A stretch of 64,000 bases of DNA from Nitrospirota bacterium (lineage in GTDB: Bacteria; Nitrospirota; Thermodesulfovibrionia; Thermodesulfovibrionales; Dissulfurispiraceae): the NCBI GenBank assembly GCA_040754455.1, contig JBFMCP010000004.1, positions 38,919 to 102,918 on the forward strand. Direction: 5' to 3'. The position numbers were made by a program, and so were the translations under genes. Positions 40,555 through 49,331 of this stretch are shown piece by piece. Each line of letters opens with the position of its first letter. The first letter of the stretch is position 1. The notes below the pieces were generated by a model. That model ran no database searches. It was not told the DNA's origin and saw only the letters and a program-made list of their open reading frames with translations.

Positions 40555-40737
40555 TCACTCCATTTTTATTGCCTCTACGGGGCAGATGTTTGCCGCTTCT
40601 TCACAATCACAGGTGCTGCATTTATCAGGTCCGATTACCCAGGCCTTGTCATCCCTGAGCTCAAAGACTTCGGGACAGACTTCGATGCATGAGCCGCACC
40701 CAATGCACAGATCGTGATCAACCGTTGGCGTTGCCAT
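40555..40737 (-). CDS. Small single-cluster ferredoxin
   Basis: 60 aa; CIGCGSCIEVCP ... CPVEAI. Confidence 0.85.
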   Translation of the reverse strand: MATPTVDHDLCIGCGSCIEVCPEVFELRDDKAWVIGPDKCSTCDCEEAANICPVEAIKME

Positions 40738-40953
40738 ATAAGCCTCCTCTATTGGAATTTTGCAAGTTCATTATTTTTAAATTATATCAGATAATTTAGG
40801 ACCTTCCAGTAAAAAATAGGGGATCGAAAATATTATTGATTTTACTCCCCCTCTTCGGGGTAAGCTATATTGTATAGTATATAGTATTGTAATATATGCT
40901 GTTCCGGTACTGTTCTCTAAGGGCGGATATCGAATGCGGAGGATAAAGGGCGT

Positions 40954-42210
40954 ATGGATGTAAGACAATTAGTGCTCCAAAAAGCAAGGGAAGCGAAAGA
41001 GGGTGCCAGAAGTCTGGCCAGGGCATCTTCCAGCCAGAAGGACCGTGTGCTCATCAGGATGGCTGAAGCGCTCCAGGAGAGAGTAGCGGAGCTTGTTGGG
41101 GAAAATAAAAAAGACATTGAGTATGCGCAAAAAAAGGGTCTTTCAGCGGCAATGATCGACCGCTTGACCCTGAACGAAAAGCGTGTCCATGAAATGGCGG
41201 CAGGGCTCCGCGAAGTGGCTCAACTTTCTGATCCTGCTGGAGAAATTATAAAAATGTGGCAGCGTCCGAACGGTATGGTCGTCGGCAAGATGAGGGTACC
41301 CATCGGCGTCATCGGAATTATCTACGAAGCCCGCCCCAATGTGACTGCTGATGCGACCAGTCTTTGCCTCAAGGCAGGCAATGCAGTGATCCTGCGGGGG
41401 GGTTCGGAGGCCATCCACTCTAACAAGGCCATTGTGACCATTTTAAGAGAGGTGGCCAGGAGCGAGGGAATCCACGAGGGGGCGATTACCTTTATTGATA
41501 CCCCCGACAGAGAGGCGGTTATGGAGATGCTCAAGCTTGAGGGCATCATCGATCTCATTATCCCGCGCGGAGGAGAGGGCCTGATACGGACCGTAACCGA
41601 AAATTCGCGTATCCCTGTGCTTAAGCACTATAAGGGGGTATGCCATATCTTTGTCGACAGGGACGCCGATATGTCCATGGCAGAGGATATCTGCTTCAAT
41701 GCGAAGGTGCAGCGGCCCGGCACCTGCAATGCAATGGAAACCATGCTGGTCGATGAGGCGATTGCAGGAAGATTTCTTCCCCCGATGATCAGGCGGCTCG
41801 AATCAGCAGGTGTTGAGCTGAGGGGATGCTCCAAGACCGTAGCACTCCATCCTGGCATGAAAGCGGTGAAGGAAGAGGATTACTACAGCGAGTACCTCGA
41901 CTTGGTCCTGAATATAAAAATTGTTGCCGATATGGATGAGGCAATGGAGCACATTGCCCGGTACGGCTCGGCGCATTCCGATGCAATCGTGACAAAGGAC
42001 TACGGCAGGGCAATGAGGTTTTTGCGGGAGGTTGATTCTTCTGCTGTTCTGGTCAATGCGTCAACCCGCCTGAACGACGGGTACCAGTTCGGGCTGGGGG
42101 CGGAGATAGGAATATCCACCGATAAGATACATGCACGGGGGCCGATGGGACTGGAAGAGCTGACCTGCACCAAATTCATAGTCCTCGGAAGCGGACAAGT
42201 ACGAAAATAA
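40954..42210 (+). CDS. proA: Gamma-glutamyl phosphate reductase
   Basis: 418 aa; IGIIYEARPNVT, GNAVILRGG, HSDAIVT, VNASTRLNDG. Confidence 0.95.
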   Translation: MDVRQLVLQKAREAKEGARSLARASSSQKDRVLIRMAEALQERVAELVGENKKDIEYAQKKGLSAAMIDRLTLNEKRVHEMAAGLREVAQLSDPAGEIIKMWQRPNGMVVGKMRVPIGVIGIIYEARPNVTADATSLCLKAGNAVILRGGSEAIHSNKAIVTILREVARSEGIHEGAITFIDTPDREAVMEMLKLEGIIDLIIPRGGEGLIRTVTENSRIPVLKHYKGVCHIFVDRDADMSMAEDICFNAKVQRPGTCNAMETMLVDEAIAGRFLPPMIRRLESAGVELRGCSKTVALHPGMKAVKEEDYYSEYLDLVLNIKIVADMDEAMEHIARYGSAHSDAIVTKDYGRAMRFLREVDSSAVLVNASTRLNDGYQFGLGAEIGISTDKIHARGPMGLEELTCTKFIVLGSGQVRK

Positions 42211-42222
42211 GGAGGGGAAAAG

Positions 42223-42504
42223 ATGTCTGAAAAGTTGAGTCATGAAGAGTTTGTCAAAAAGGCCATTGTGAGTCTCAGGAAAGAGGGGTACAAGGGGATT
42301 CATACGGTGTATTCGGGATTTAACGAGGCTTTCAAGAAGTACTTCGAGGGAGAAGACCCCATTAAAGTCACCAATCAGCTCGCGTCACAGGGCAAGATCG
42401 TCATACGGCCGGTCAAAGGCGGCGTTATGCTGTATCTCCCCGAAGATGCACCGGCAGGAAAAGGGCAGGCCGACGAAGCGCTCAAGAAAATGGGGCTCGA
42501 CTAG
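42223..42504 (+). CDS. Small hypothetical protein (93 aa) between proA and nadD
   Basis: Good RBS (AGGAGGGG) 5-6 nt upstream and tight spacing in the proA-nadD operon. No family recognised. Confidence 0.5.
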   Translation: MSEKLSHEEFVKKAIVSLRKEGYKGIHTVYSGFNEAFKKYFEGEDPIKVTNQLASQGKIVIRPVKGGVMLYLPEDAPAGKGQADEALKKMGLD

Positions 42505-42541
42505 ACGCCCCCGCTGAGGGTAGTGTTGTGCGGGGTGCTCG

Positions 42542-43231
42542 GTGAAACTGGGGATTTTCGGCGGTACCTTTAATCCGGTCCATTTCGGACATCTGCGTAC
42601 TGCCGAAGAGGTGAGAGAGGCTGCGCGTCTCGATAGTGTAATCTTTATTCCTTCCGGCAACCCGCCGCTTAAAGCGGTGGACCTTATCGAGGCATCGCAC
42701 CGATACGAGATGGTGAAACGTGCGACAGAGCACAACCGGCACTTCAAGGTCTCCGATATGGAGTTGCAGCGGACGGAAAAGTCGTATACCGTTACGACGC
42801 TGCAGGAACTTGCGACGAGGTTCCCGGGGGACGGGCTTTTTTTTATCCTCGGCATCGATGCATTTCTCGATATTCCCCACTGGCGACAGCCTGATCAGCT
42901 CATGCATATGGCTGATTTCATTATCGTTACAAGACCTGGCTTCGATGTGGCAGACCTGAAAACGTCACCTTATATAAAAGACTACGGCGAGCTGTCTGTG
43001 CTACGCAGTACACCGGCGAGACAGGGAGAGGAGCCCGAAAGCATGCTGCCCTGTGCCCGGTGCCTGCCACTTGCATTGAAGAGCGGCAGGAAGGCGTTGC
43101 TTGCTACGGTAACTCCCCTGGCGATATCATCGACAGAAATACGGCGATTGGTGAAAGCCGGTAGGAGCATCAGCTATCTCCTGCCGGAGGCAGTCGAGGA
43201 GTATATACACAAACACCACCTGTACCGCTAG
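42542..43231 (+). CDS. nadD: Nicotinate-nucleotide adenylyltransferase
   Basis: GIFGGTFNPVHFGHL (HxGH), ...ISSTEIR. GTG start. Confidence 0.9.
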   Translation: MKLGIFGGTFNPVHFGHLRTAEEVREAARLDSVIFIPSGNPPLKAVDLIEASHRYEMVKRATEHNRHFKVSDMELQRTEKSYTVTTLQELATRFPGDGLFFILGIDAFLDIPHWRQPDQLMHMADFIIVTRPGFDVADLKTSPYIKDYGELSVLRSTPARQGEEPESMLPCARCLPLALKSGRKALLATVTPLAISSTEIRRLVKAGRSISYLLPEAVEEYIHKHHLYR

Positions 43232-43342
43232 GCGTATCACGGCAGTCCTGTCCCTGAAGAGAGCTCAGCAGTCTTTCCTTGCCGTAGTGCAAAGGGGTGT
43301 ACATTGCATTTTTCAACTGATTTTTTGTATGGTGTGTAGCTT

Positions 43343-44497
43343 ATGACGGTTTTCGAGGCAGTGGTCAATAATCTTGATGAGGCGGTCTTCCTCTTCGACA
43401 GAAAGGGCACGCTTACGTTCGTCAATAAGGCGGGTGAGGAGTTTGTCGGCAGGAGCCTCAGGGAGATCGCCCATAGGCAGGCGAAGGAACTCTTTGCCGG
43501 AGCAAAGGATATTGTCCTCTCTCTGCAGAAGACCATCAAAGAGGGACGCGTGTTTAACTCCAGAGATATGGAGATCGATATGGGCAGGCCTGCCACGATA
43601 AATCTGAATATCTCCCCCTTCTATCTCGACGGCAACCTCGAGGGGGCACTGCTCTGTATCCGGGAGAATCTCTCACTGACCAACAGGGAGGACTACCACT
43701 TCGATACCCTGCTTTATCTCATCGGCTCCATTGCTCATGAGATAAAGAATCCTCTCAGTGGCATCAAGGGGGCTGCGCAGATCCTGCGCGGGAATGCCCA
43801 CAGCCCCGAGTCGATGGAGTGCGTGAACCTTATTCTGAAAGAGGCGGACCGTCTGAACCAGGTGCTCCAGAGCTATCTCACGATGACGCGGATGCCTGTG
43901 TTCAACCGTCTGAACATTCATGAGGTCATCGAGCATGCGCTCAAGGTGATGGGGACAACGATTCAGGAGAAGGGCATTTCCGTTGAAAAGTCCTATGATC
44001 CGAGTCTCCCCTATCTCCGCGGCGATGAAAGCAAGCTGCTGCAGGTATTTATCAACATCCTGAAGAACGCCGTGGAGGCAATCGCGGCAAAGGGAGGCCG
44101 TGCTCTCAAAGGGCAGAAAGGAAAGGCAATCTCGTCGAGCAGGGCGCGCGGAGAGCAGCATCCTCCGGCAGTATTGAGCGTTTCGACGAGGCCGTCTAAC
44201 GAGTATATGGTGATTTATGAGGGGGTGGGCAGTAGAGAGGCGCAGTCAAAGTCGATCAAGCAGCGGTGGGTGGTCATCGCTATCGAGGATTCCGGCATCG
44301 GGGTGCCGAGGGAGGATATTGACAAGATCTTCCTGCCGTTTTATACAAAGAAAGAGGGGGGAAGCGGACTCGGATTAGCGCTTTCCAAAAAGATCATAAA
44401 GGACCACGGCGGCATTATCAAGGTCAACAGCAAGATAGGACAGGGGACAACGGTGAGCGTCTATCTCCCCATTCAGGTCGCGCCTGAGGGAGAATAA
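43343..44497 (+). CDS. Cytoplasmic PAS histidine kinase (NtrB-like)
   Basis: No TM segment. PAS, H-box AHEIKNPLSGIKG, N-box NILKNAVEA, G-boxes DSGIGV and GSGLGLALS. A ~50-aa insertion lies between the N and G1 boxes. Confidence 0.85.
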   Translation: MTVFEAVVNNLDEAVFLFDRKGTLTFVNKAGEEFVGRSLREIAHRQAKELFAGAKDIVLSLQKTIKEGRVFNSRDMEIDMGRPATINLNISPFYLDGNLEGALLCIRENLSLTNREDYHFDTLLYLIGSIAHEIKNPLSGIKGAAQILRGNAHSPESMECVNLILKEADRLNQVLQSYLTMTRMPVFNRLNIHEVIEHALKVMGTTIQEKGISVEKSYDPSLPYLRGDESKLLQVFINILKNAVEAIAAKGGRALKGQKGKAISSSRARGEQHPPAVLSVSTRPSNEYMVIYEGVGSREAQSKSIKQRWVVIAIEDSGIGVPREDIDKIFLPFYTKKEGGSGLGLALSKKIIKDHGGIIKVNSKIGQGTTVSVYLPIQVAPEGE

Positions 44498-44503
44498 AAG
44501 ATC

Positions 44504-45892
44504 ATGGCTAAAAAATTATTGGTGATCGACGATGATGAGAGCGTCATATGGGTCATTAAAAAGGCCTTGGAGCCTCTCGGGTACGAGGTAGAGGCGCGGA
44601 CCGCCATCAAGGCGGGCATCAGGATTGCCGATACGTACAAACTGATCCTCCTCGATCTCGTGCTCCCTGACGGCAACGGCATCGACGCACTTAAAGAGAT
44701 CAAAGTCTTCAATCCCGACGCGCTCGTCATTATCATCACCGCTCACGGCAGGATGGAGAGCGCGATCGACGCGATGCGGGAAGGTGCCTATGATTATCTC
44801 GAAAAGCCCTTTGATATCGAAGAATTAAAAATTGTTGTGGACAAGGCCTTTCGAGACATTGCCATGCGTGAGGAGCTCATCAAACTGCGGCAGGCCACCG
44901 AGGAGTCGATGCCGTTCCAGATCATCGGCAAGTCTCGCAGCATCCTGAAAATCTTCAAGGAGATCGGGAGGGTCGCTCCCAAAGATGTGACGGTGCTCGT
45001 TTCAGGAGAGAGCGGCACCGGCAAGGAGCTCGTGGCCCGGGCAATTCACGCACACAGCAGGAGAAAATTCGGTCCTTTTGTCGCCATCAATGCGGCATCC
45101 ATACCGCGGGAGCTCCTCGAGGCGGAGCTCTTCGGCTGGGAAAAGGGGGCCTTCACCGGTGCAGCAGAGAAGACGGCCGGAAAGATCCAGGCAGCTGACG
45201 GCGGGACCCTCTTCCTCGATGAAATTGCGGAGCTCGACATCGACCTCCAGGCGAAGCTGCTGCGCTTTCTGCAGGAGCGTGAATACAGTCCGCTGGGGAG
45301 CAGCAAGATCGTCAAGGCAGATGTGCGCATCATCGGGGCTACCAACAAAGATCTCAAGGAGGCGGTGAAGAGCGGCCTCTTCCGCGAGGATCTCTACTAC
45401 CGCTTTAATGTGATAGAGATAAAGCTGCCCCCGCTCCGGGAGCGCAAGGAGGATATCCTCCCGCTCGGCCGGCATTTTCTCAAGGAATCCGTCAGGACCT
45501 TTGAGCTGCCGCCGAAGAGCTTCTCAAAGGACGCCGAGAAGGCGCTGACGGGATACGACTGGCCCGGCAATGTCAGGGAGCTCGAGAATACCGTCAAGCG
45601 GGCATCGATCCTCTCGAAGGGAAGTCTCATCGAGAGAAAGGATCTCTTTTCCGGTGATTACCACTCCCTCTCTATCAAGGAGTTTCTGGAGAGCAAGCTC
45701 AACGGGTTCATCGACAAGATGACGACGGTCAGAAACTCGAACCTCCACGAGACGGTCATTTCCGAGGTCGAAAAGGCACTCTTCAGCATTGTTATGAAGG
45801 AGACCGGCGGGAACCAGGTCAAGGCGGCCAAGGTGCTCGGCATCAACAGAAACACGCTCAATAAGAAGCTGAAAGAGTACCGGCTGATTTGA
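44504..45892 (+). CDS. Sigma-54-dependent response regulator (NtrC-like)
   Basis: REC (LLVIDDDE...DLVLPDGNG), GESGTGKE, EAELFGWEKGAFTGA, C-terminal HTH AAKVLGINRNTLNKKLKEY. Confidence 0.9.
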   Translation: MAKKLLVIDDDESVIWVIKKALEPLGYEVEARTAIKAGIRIADTYKLILLDLVLPDGNGIDALKEIKVFNPDALVIIITAHGRMESAIDAMREGAYDYLEKPFDIEELKIVVDKAFRDIAMREELIKLRQATEESMPFQIIGKSRSILKIFKEIGRVAPKDVTVLVSGESGTGKELVARAIHAHSRRKFGPFVAINAASIPRELLEAELFGWEKGAFTGAAEKTAGKIQAADGGTLFLDEIAELDIDLQAKLLRFLQEREYSPLGSSKIVKADVRIIGATNKDLKEAVKSGLFREDLYYRFNVIEIKLPPLRERKEDILPLGRHFLKESVRTFELPPKSFSKDAEKALTGYDWPGNVRELENTVKRASILSKGSLIERKDLFSGDYHSLSIKEFLESKLNGFIDKMTTVRNSNLHETVISEVEKALFSIVMKETGGNQVKAAKVLGINRNTLNKKLKEYRLI

Positions 45893-46016
45893 TTCTGCTG
45901 CTGCTAATGTGTTATATTGATTAACTTTTCAGGATTTCCACCTTTGCGCATGAAGAGAGGTGTAACTCCATGCTCTTTCTTGAGAAAGGGCTTTATATCC
46001 ACATGGAGGTTAGGTT

Positions 46017-46379
46017 ATGAATTATTACGAGAACATGGTCATCTTGAGCCCCGCCCTCAACGACGAGGAAATCAAAGCCGCAGCCGACAAGATATCAGAC
46101 CTCATTGTCAGTGCAGGGGGAGAAGTGCTCAGGGCCGAAAACTGGGGAAAGAGAAAGCTTGCCTACGAGCTCAACAAGCAGAAGATGGGAGTGTATTACC
46201 AGTTCATTTTCAGGGCCCCCTCTGCCACTATCGGCAAGATCGAGAGTTACTTCAAGGTCTTTGATCCGGTGATCAAGTTCATGGTCATTAAGCTGGACAA
46301 AAAACAGATCGCGGCGCTTCCGAAAGATATCGCTCCCCAGGAAGCAGCAGCTTCCGGCGAGGCGAAAGCAGGGGCCTGA
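46017..46379 (+). CDS. rpsF: 30S ribosomal protein S6
   Basis: MNYYENMVILSPALNDEE..., ENWGKRKLAYEL. Confidence 0.95.
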   Translation: MNYYENMVILSPALNDEEIKAAADKISDLIVSAGGEVLRAENWGKRKLAYELNKQKMGVYYQFIFRAPSATIGKIESYFKVFDPVIKFMVIKLDKKQIAALPKDIAPQEAAASGEAKAGA

Positions 46380-46786
46380 TGTTCAACAGGATCATTCTTA
46401 TAGGAAACCTCACCAAGGATCCCGAGGTCCGGTATACGCCAGGCGGAACACCCGTCGCGACGATGCGGCTGGCGGTCACCTCCAAGTACAAGCAGGGTGA
46501 CGAGGTAAAGGATGATACGCTGTTCATTGATGCCGTCGTTTTCGGCAAGCAGGCGGAGAGCTGTGGCCACTATCTCGCAAAAGGCAATCCGGTGCTGGTC
46601 GAGGGGCGTCTTCGCGAGAGGAAATGGGAGACCGAAGGCGTTCAGAAGAGCAAGGTTGAGGTCGTCGCAAGCAATATAAGGTTCCTGCCCAAGCGGGGAG
46701 ACCAGCCGCGTCAGGCCCGCACCGGGAGCACGGATATGTCCGATACGGCGCCGCCTGACGAGATGACCGATTTGGAACCGTTTTAG
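46379..46786 (+). CDS. ssb: Single-stranded DNA-binding protein
   Basis: MFNRIILIGNLTKDPEVRYTPGGTPVATMRLAV... with an acidic tail ending DLEPF. Confidence 0.95.
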   Translation: MFNRIILIGNLTKDPEVRYTPGGTPVATMRLAVTSKYKQGDEVKDDTLFIDAVVFGKQAESCGHYLAKGNPVLVEGRLRERKWETEGVQKSKVEVVASNIRFLPKRGDQPRQARTGSTDMSDTAPPDEMTDLEPF

Positions 46787-46787
46787 A

Positions 46788-46870
46788 GAAAAATGCAAAA
46801 TTAAAAGATAAGAATTCAAAATAAATGAGTTCACTATTTTTTAATTTTGCTCTTTAAATTTTAAATTTAT
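46788..46870. repeat. AT-rich palindromic repeat, GCAAAAT family, in the ssb-rpsR spacer
   Basis: gagaaaaatgcaaaattaaaagataaGAATTCaaaataaatgag...ctattttttaattttgctctttaaattttaaattt. Confidence 0.7.
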
Positions 46871-46886
46871 TAAAAAGGGAGCTATT

Positions 46887-47111
46887 ATGCAACAGAAGAG
46901 ATTTCAGAGGAGAAAATTCTGTAAGTTTTGCGCCGATAAAGTGCCGTTTATAGATTACAAGGATCTCAAGATGCTGAGAGGATACATGACCGAGCGCGGA
47001 AAGATCCTGACGAGAAAGATGACCGGCACCTGTGCCACCCACCAAAGGGAGTTGACGGGTGCGATCAAGCGGGCACGGTTTATAGCGCTCCTTCCTTTCA
47101 TGGAAAAGTAG
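46887..47111 (+). CDS. rpsR: 30S ribosomal protein S18
   Basis: [62 protein letters not shown]. Confidence 0.95.
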   Translation: MQQKRFQRRKFCKFCADKVPFIDYKDLKMLRGYMTERGKILTRKMTGTCATHQRELTGAIKRARFIALLPFMEK

Positions 47112-47112
47112 C

Positions 47113-47394
47113 ATGCGGATACCGAAGAGCTGGGTTCCCGTTATCGCGAAGCGGATTGTTGACAATCTTATCAGCAAAGGGCTTATCGAGCCCGCGATTC
47201 CCGTTAACGACCTCACTGCAGAAGCAGAACGGCTGCTCCTCGATGAGCTGATGGTTGAGGACCGGCTCAATGACGAGGTGCGGCAACTCTTGAAAAAATA
47301 CGAATCCGAAATCGAGAAGGGGAGGCTCGATTTCAGGAAGCTCTTCGATATGACCAAGCAGAAGCTGGTGCGGGAGAGGAACATCGTCCTATGA
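47113..47394 (+). CDS. DUF507-family protein (paralogue 1)
   Basis: 93 aa; helical; VEDRLNDEVRQLLKKYESEIEKGRLDFRKLF. Starts 1 nt after the rpsR stop. Confidence 0.65.
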   Translation: MRIPKSWVPVIAKRIVDNLISKGLIEPAIPVNDLTAEAERLLLDELMVEDRLNDEVRQLLKKYESEIEKGRLDFRKLFDMTKQKLVRERNIVL

Positions 47395-47669
47395 TGCTTT
47401 CTGACGATAAGATAACCCATATGACTTATGTTCTGTTGAAGGGGCTGATGGATAAAAATCTGATCATCCTGAAAGAGGATGACAGCCTGCTCAGGAGAGA
47501 GATTAAGAGGACCATCATCAACGAGCTGAAATTCGGGGAAGAGCTCGATGGGGTGGTGCGGCAGAAGCTCCAGTCCCTCTCGAAGAAGCCGGTGGAAGGG
47601 AGCCCCGAGTGGGATGTGATGTACAAGAAGTATTTTGAAGAGGAAGAGATAAAGAAGGGGAGACGGTAG
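47391..47669 (+). CDS. DUF507-family protein (paralogue 2)
   Basis: MMLSDDKITHMTYVLLKGL... GEELDGVVRQKLQSLSKKPVEGSPEWDVMYKKYFEEE, the typical DUF507 C-terminal signature. 4-nt overlap with paralogue 1. Confidence 0.7.
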   Translation: MMLSDDKITHMTYVLLKGLMDKNLIILKEDDSLLRREIKRTIINELKFGEELDGVVRQKLQSLSKKPVEGSPEWDVMYKKYFEEEEIKKGRR

Positions 47670-47752
47670 CTCAAATTCAAAGTTTAAAGAGCAAAATTAA
47701 AAAAATGGGCTCATTTGTTTTGAATTTTTCATTTTGCTTTTTTAATTTTATT
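47670..47752. repeat. AT-rich palindromic repeat, GCAAAAT family (after the DUF507 pair)
   Basis: ctcaaattcaaagtttaaagagcaaaattaaaaaaatgggctcatttgttttgaatttttcattttgcttttttaatttt. Confidence 0.7.
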
Positions 47753-47757
47753 GTTGG

Positions 47758-48060
47758 ATGTTTATATCGGATGTTTCATCAGAGTATGTGAAGAGAGAGC
47801 GGAGCATCGCCCGCGAGCTCCGGAAGAGCGCTTGGTGGAAAAGAAAGTGCGCCGAAGGGCGCTGCTACTATTGCGGCACGAGGGTATCTGCTAAAGAACT
47901 TACGATGGACCACCTGGTGCCGCTTATTCGCGGGGGCAGATCGGTGAAGAGCAATATTGTTACTGCCTGCAAGGAGTGCAACAATAAAAAGAAGCATATG
48001 CTCCCCAGCGAATGGGAAGAGTATCTCGTGCGTCTGGATTGCGATGAGAGGTCCCTTTAA
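47758..48060 (+). CDS. Small stand-alone HNH endonuclease
   Basis: CYYCGTRVSAKELTMDHLVPLIRGGRSVKSNIVTACKECNNKKK (CxxC...DH...N...CxxCN HNH zinc-finger core). Confidence 0.85.
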   Translation: MFISDVSSEYVKRERSIARELRKSAWWKRKCAEGRCYYCGTRVSAKELTMDHLVPLIRGGRSVKSNIVTACKECNNKKKHMLPSEWEEYLVRLDCDERSL

Positions 48061-48389
48061 CCTGCTCTTTTGGCGCTCGGGTGAGCGGTTGGCGTACTGA
48101 TCCCGGCATGACGAGCGTTCTGCCGTATCCCTGTCTGCAAAGTCTCCTTTCCCCCTTCCATTTCTCCCTTGGATACGCCCCGGCACCTCTGAGGTAGCTG
48201 TATATTTACTTTCACCAGAGAAGTGGTTTAATCTTAAGAGTATGGCTGTGTTGTACATCGGGGGCATACACCAATCCTCTAAAATAATAAAAGAGGCCTT
48301 CCGATGGTAAAAGGGGAGAAGAGCGAGTGCGTGGAAGTAGTTCCCGTCATTACTGCCTGTCAGACGACGTTCCGGGGAGTACAGTGCGT

Positions 48390-49331
48390 ATGAAAAGAAA
48401 AGGTAAGCCGCTTTTATCGATTCTGCTCATTGCGCTTCTGGTAGTCTGCAGCAAGGACGATACGGCACTGGCGTGGACTGAAGGCGCCGGTACAAACGCA
48501 GGTGCGGGCAAAGAATACACGCTCTCCATCGGGCTTATCCCGGAACAGAATATTTTCAAGCAGATGGAGCGCTATGAGCCGCTTGCCACCTATATCGGGA
48601 AAAAAGCGGGGATAAAAGTCAGGCTCGTTACGCTGCCCCACTATGGAAACAGTATCGACCACCTTGCCTCCGGCCGCATCGACGCGGCCTTTTTGGGAAG
48701 TTTCGTCTACGCCCTTGCCCGTGCAAAGCTCGGCGTTGAAGTGCTTGCCCGACCCGAATATGTCAACGGCGTTTCCTCCTATCACGGTCTTCTCCTGGTA
48801 CGGAAGGACAGCCACATCAAGTCGGCGAAGGACATGGCAGGGAAGCGGTTTGCCTTTGTCGACAGGGCGACAACGGCCAGCTACCTTCTGGCCCTGACCT
48901 ATTTCAAGAAACACGGGATTGCAGACTACCGGACCTATCTGAGAGAGTTTTATTACGCCGGCACCCACGAAGATGTCATCTATGATGTGCTCAACAAAAA
49001 GGCGGATATCGGAGCGGCTAAGAACACGGTCTATGAACGTCTTGCCCGCGCCGACAGCAGAATTGCCAATGAGCTCATGGTTGTTGGAAAGTCTGCTTCA
49101 GTGCCGGAAAACGGTTTGACCGTGCGGAAGGGGCTCGATAAATCGGTCAAGGATAAACTGAAAGAGGTGCTCCTCACCATGCACTATGATCCCCAGGGGC
49201 GGGAGGTGCTGAAGAAATTCGGGGCGCAGCGGTTTATCGAGACGACCGATGCCGACTACAGGCCGGTCTACAAGTATGCCAGGGAGTTGGGATTGAACCT
49301 GCAGAAATGTCCTTACCATAATCAGTTATGA
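48390..49331 (+). CDS. PhnD-like periplasmic substrate-binding protein (phosphate/phosphonate ABC SBP fold) with no cognate transporter genes
   Basis: Signal/lipoprotein-like MKRKGKPLLSILLIALLVVCS. YTLSIGLIPEQN..., DAAFLGSFVY, RFAFVDRATTASYL and VPENGLTVRKGL resemble PhnD-type SBPs. Overlaps the kinase start by 4 nt. Confidence 0.7.
   Translation: MKRKGKPLLSILLIALLVVCSKDDTALAWTEGAGTNAGAGKEYTLSIGLIPEQNIFKQMERYEPLATYIGKKAGIKVRLVTLPHYGNSIDHLASGRIDAAFLGSFVYALARAKLGVEVLARPEYVNGVSSYHGLLLVRKDSHIKSAKDMAGKRFAFVDRATTASYLLALTYFKKHGIADYRTYLREFYYAGTHEDVIYDVLNKKADIGAAKNTVYERLARADSRIANELMVVGKSASVPENGLTVRKGLDKSVKDKLKEVLLTMHYDPQGREVLKKFGAQRFIETTDADYRPVYKYARELGLNLQKCPYHNQL

Noticed and set aside
43295-43312. 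Possible sigma-54 promoter (AGGGGTGTACATTGCA) upstream of the NtrB-like kinase gene
   Set aside because: The GG-N10-GC spacing and TTGCA -12 region fit. However, the -24 region (AGGGGT) departs from TGGCAC at four positions. That is too weak to report as a feature without experimental support.
47758-48389. HNH gene plus downstream non-coding DNA as an IscB/HEARO (omega-RNA) type system
   Set aside because: The HNH protein is only 100 aa with no RuvC or bridge-helix regions. It looks like the common stand-alone small HNH endonuclease. The downstream region shows no long structured repeat typical of HEARO RNAs that I can see.
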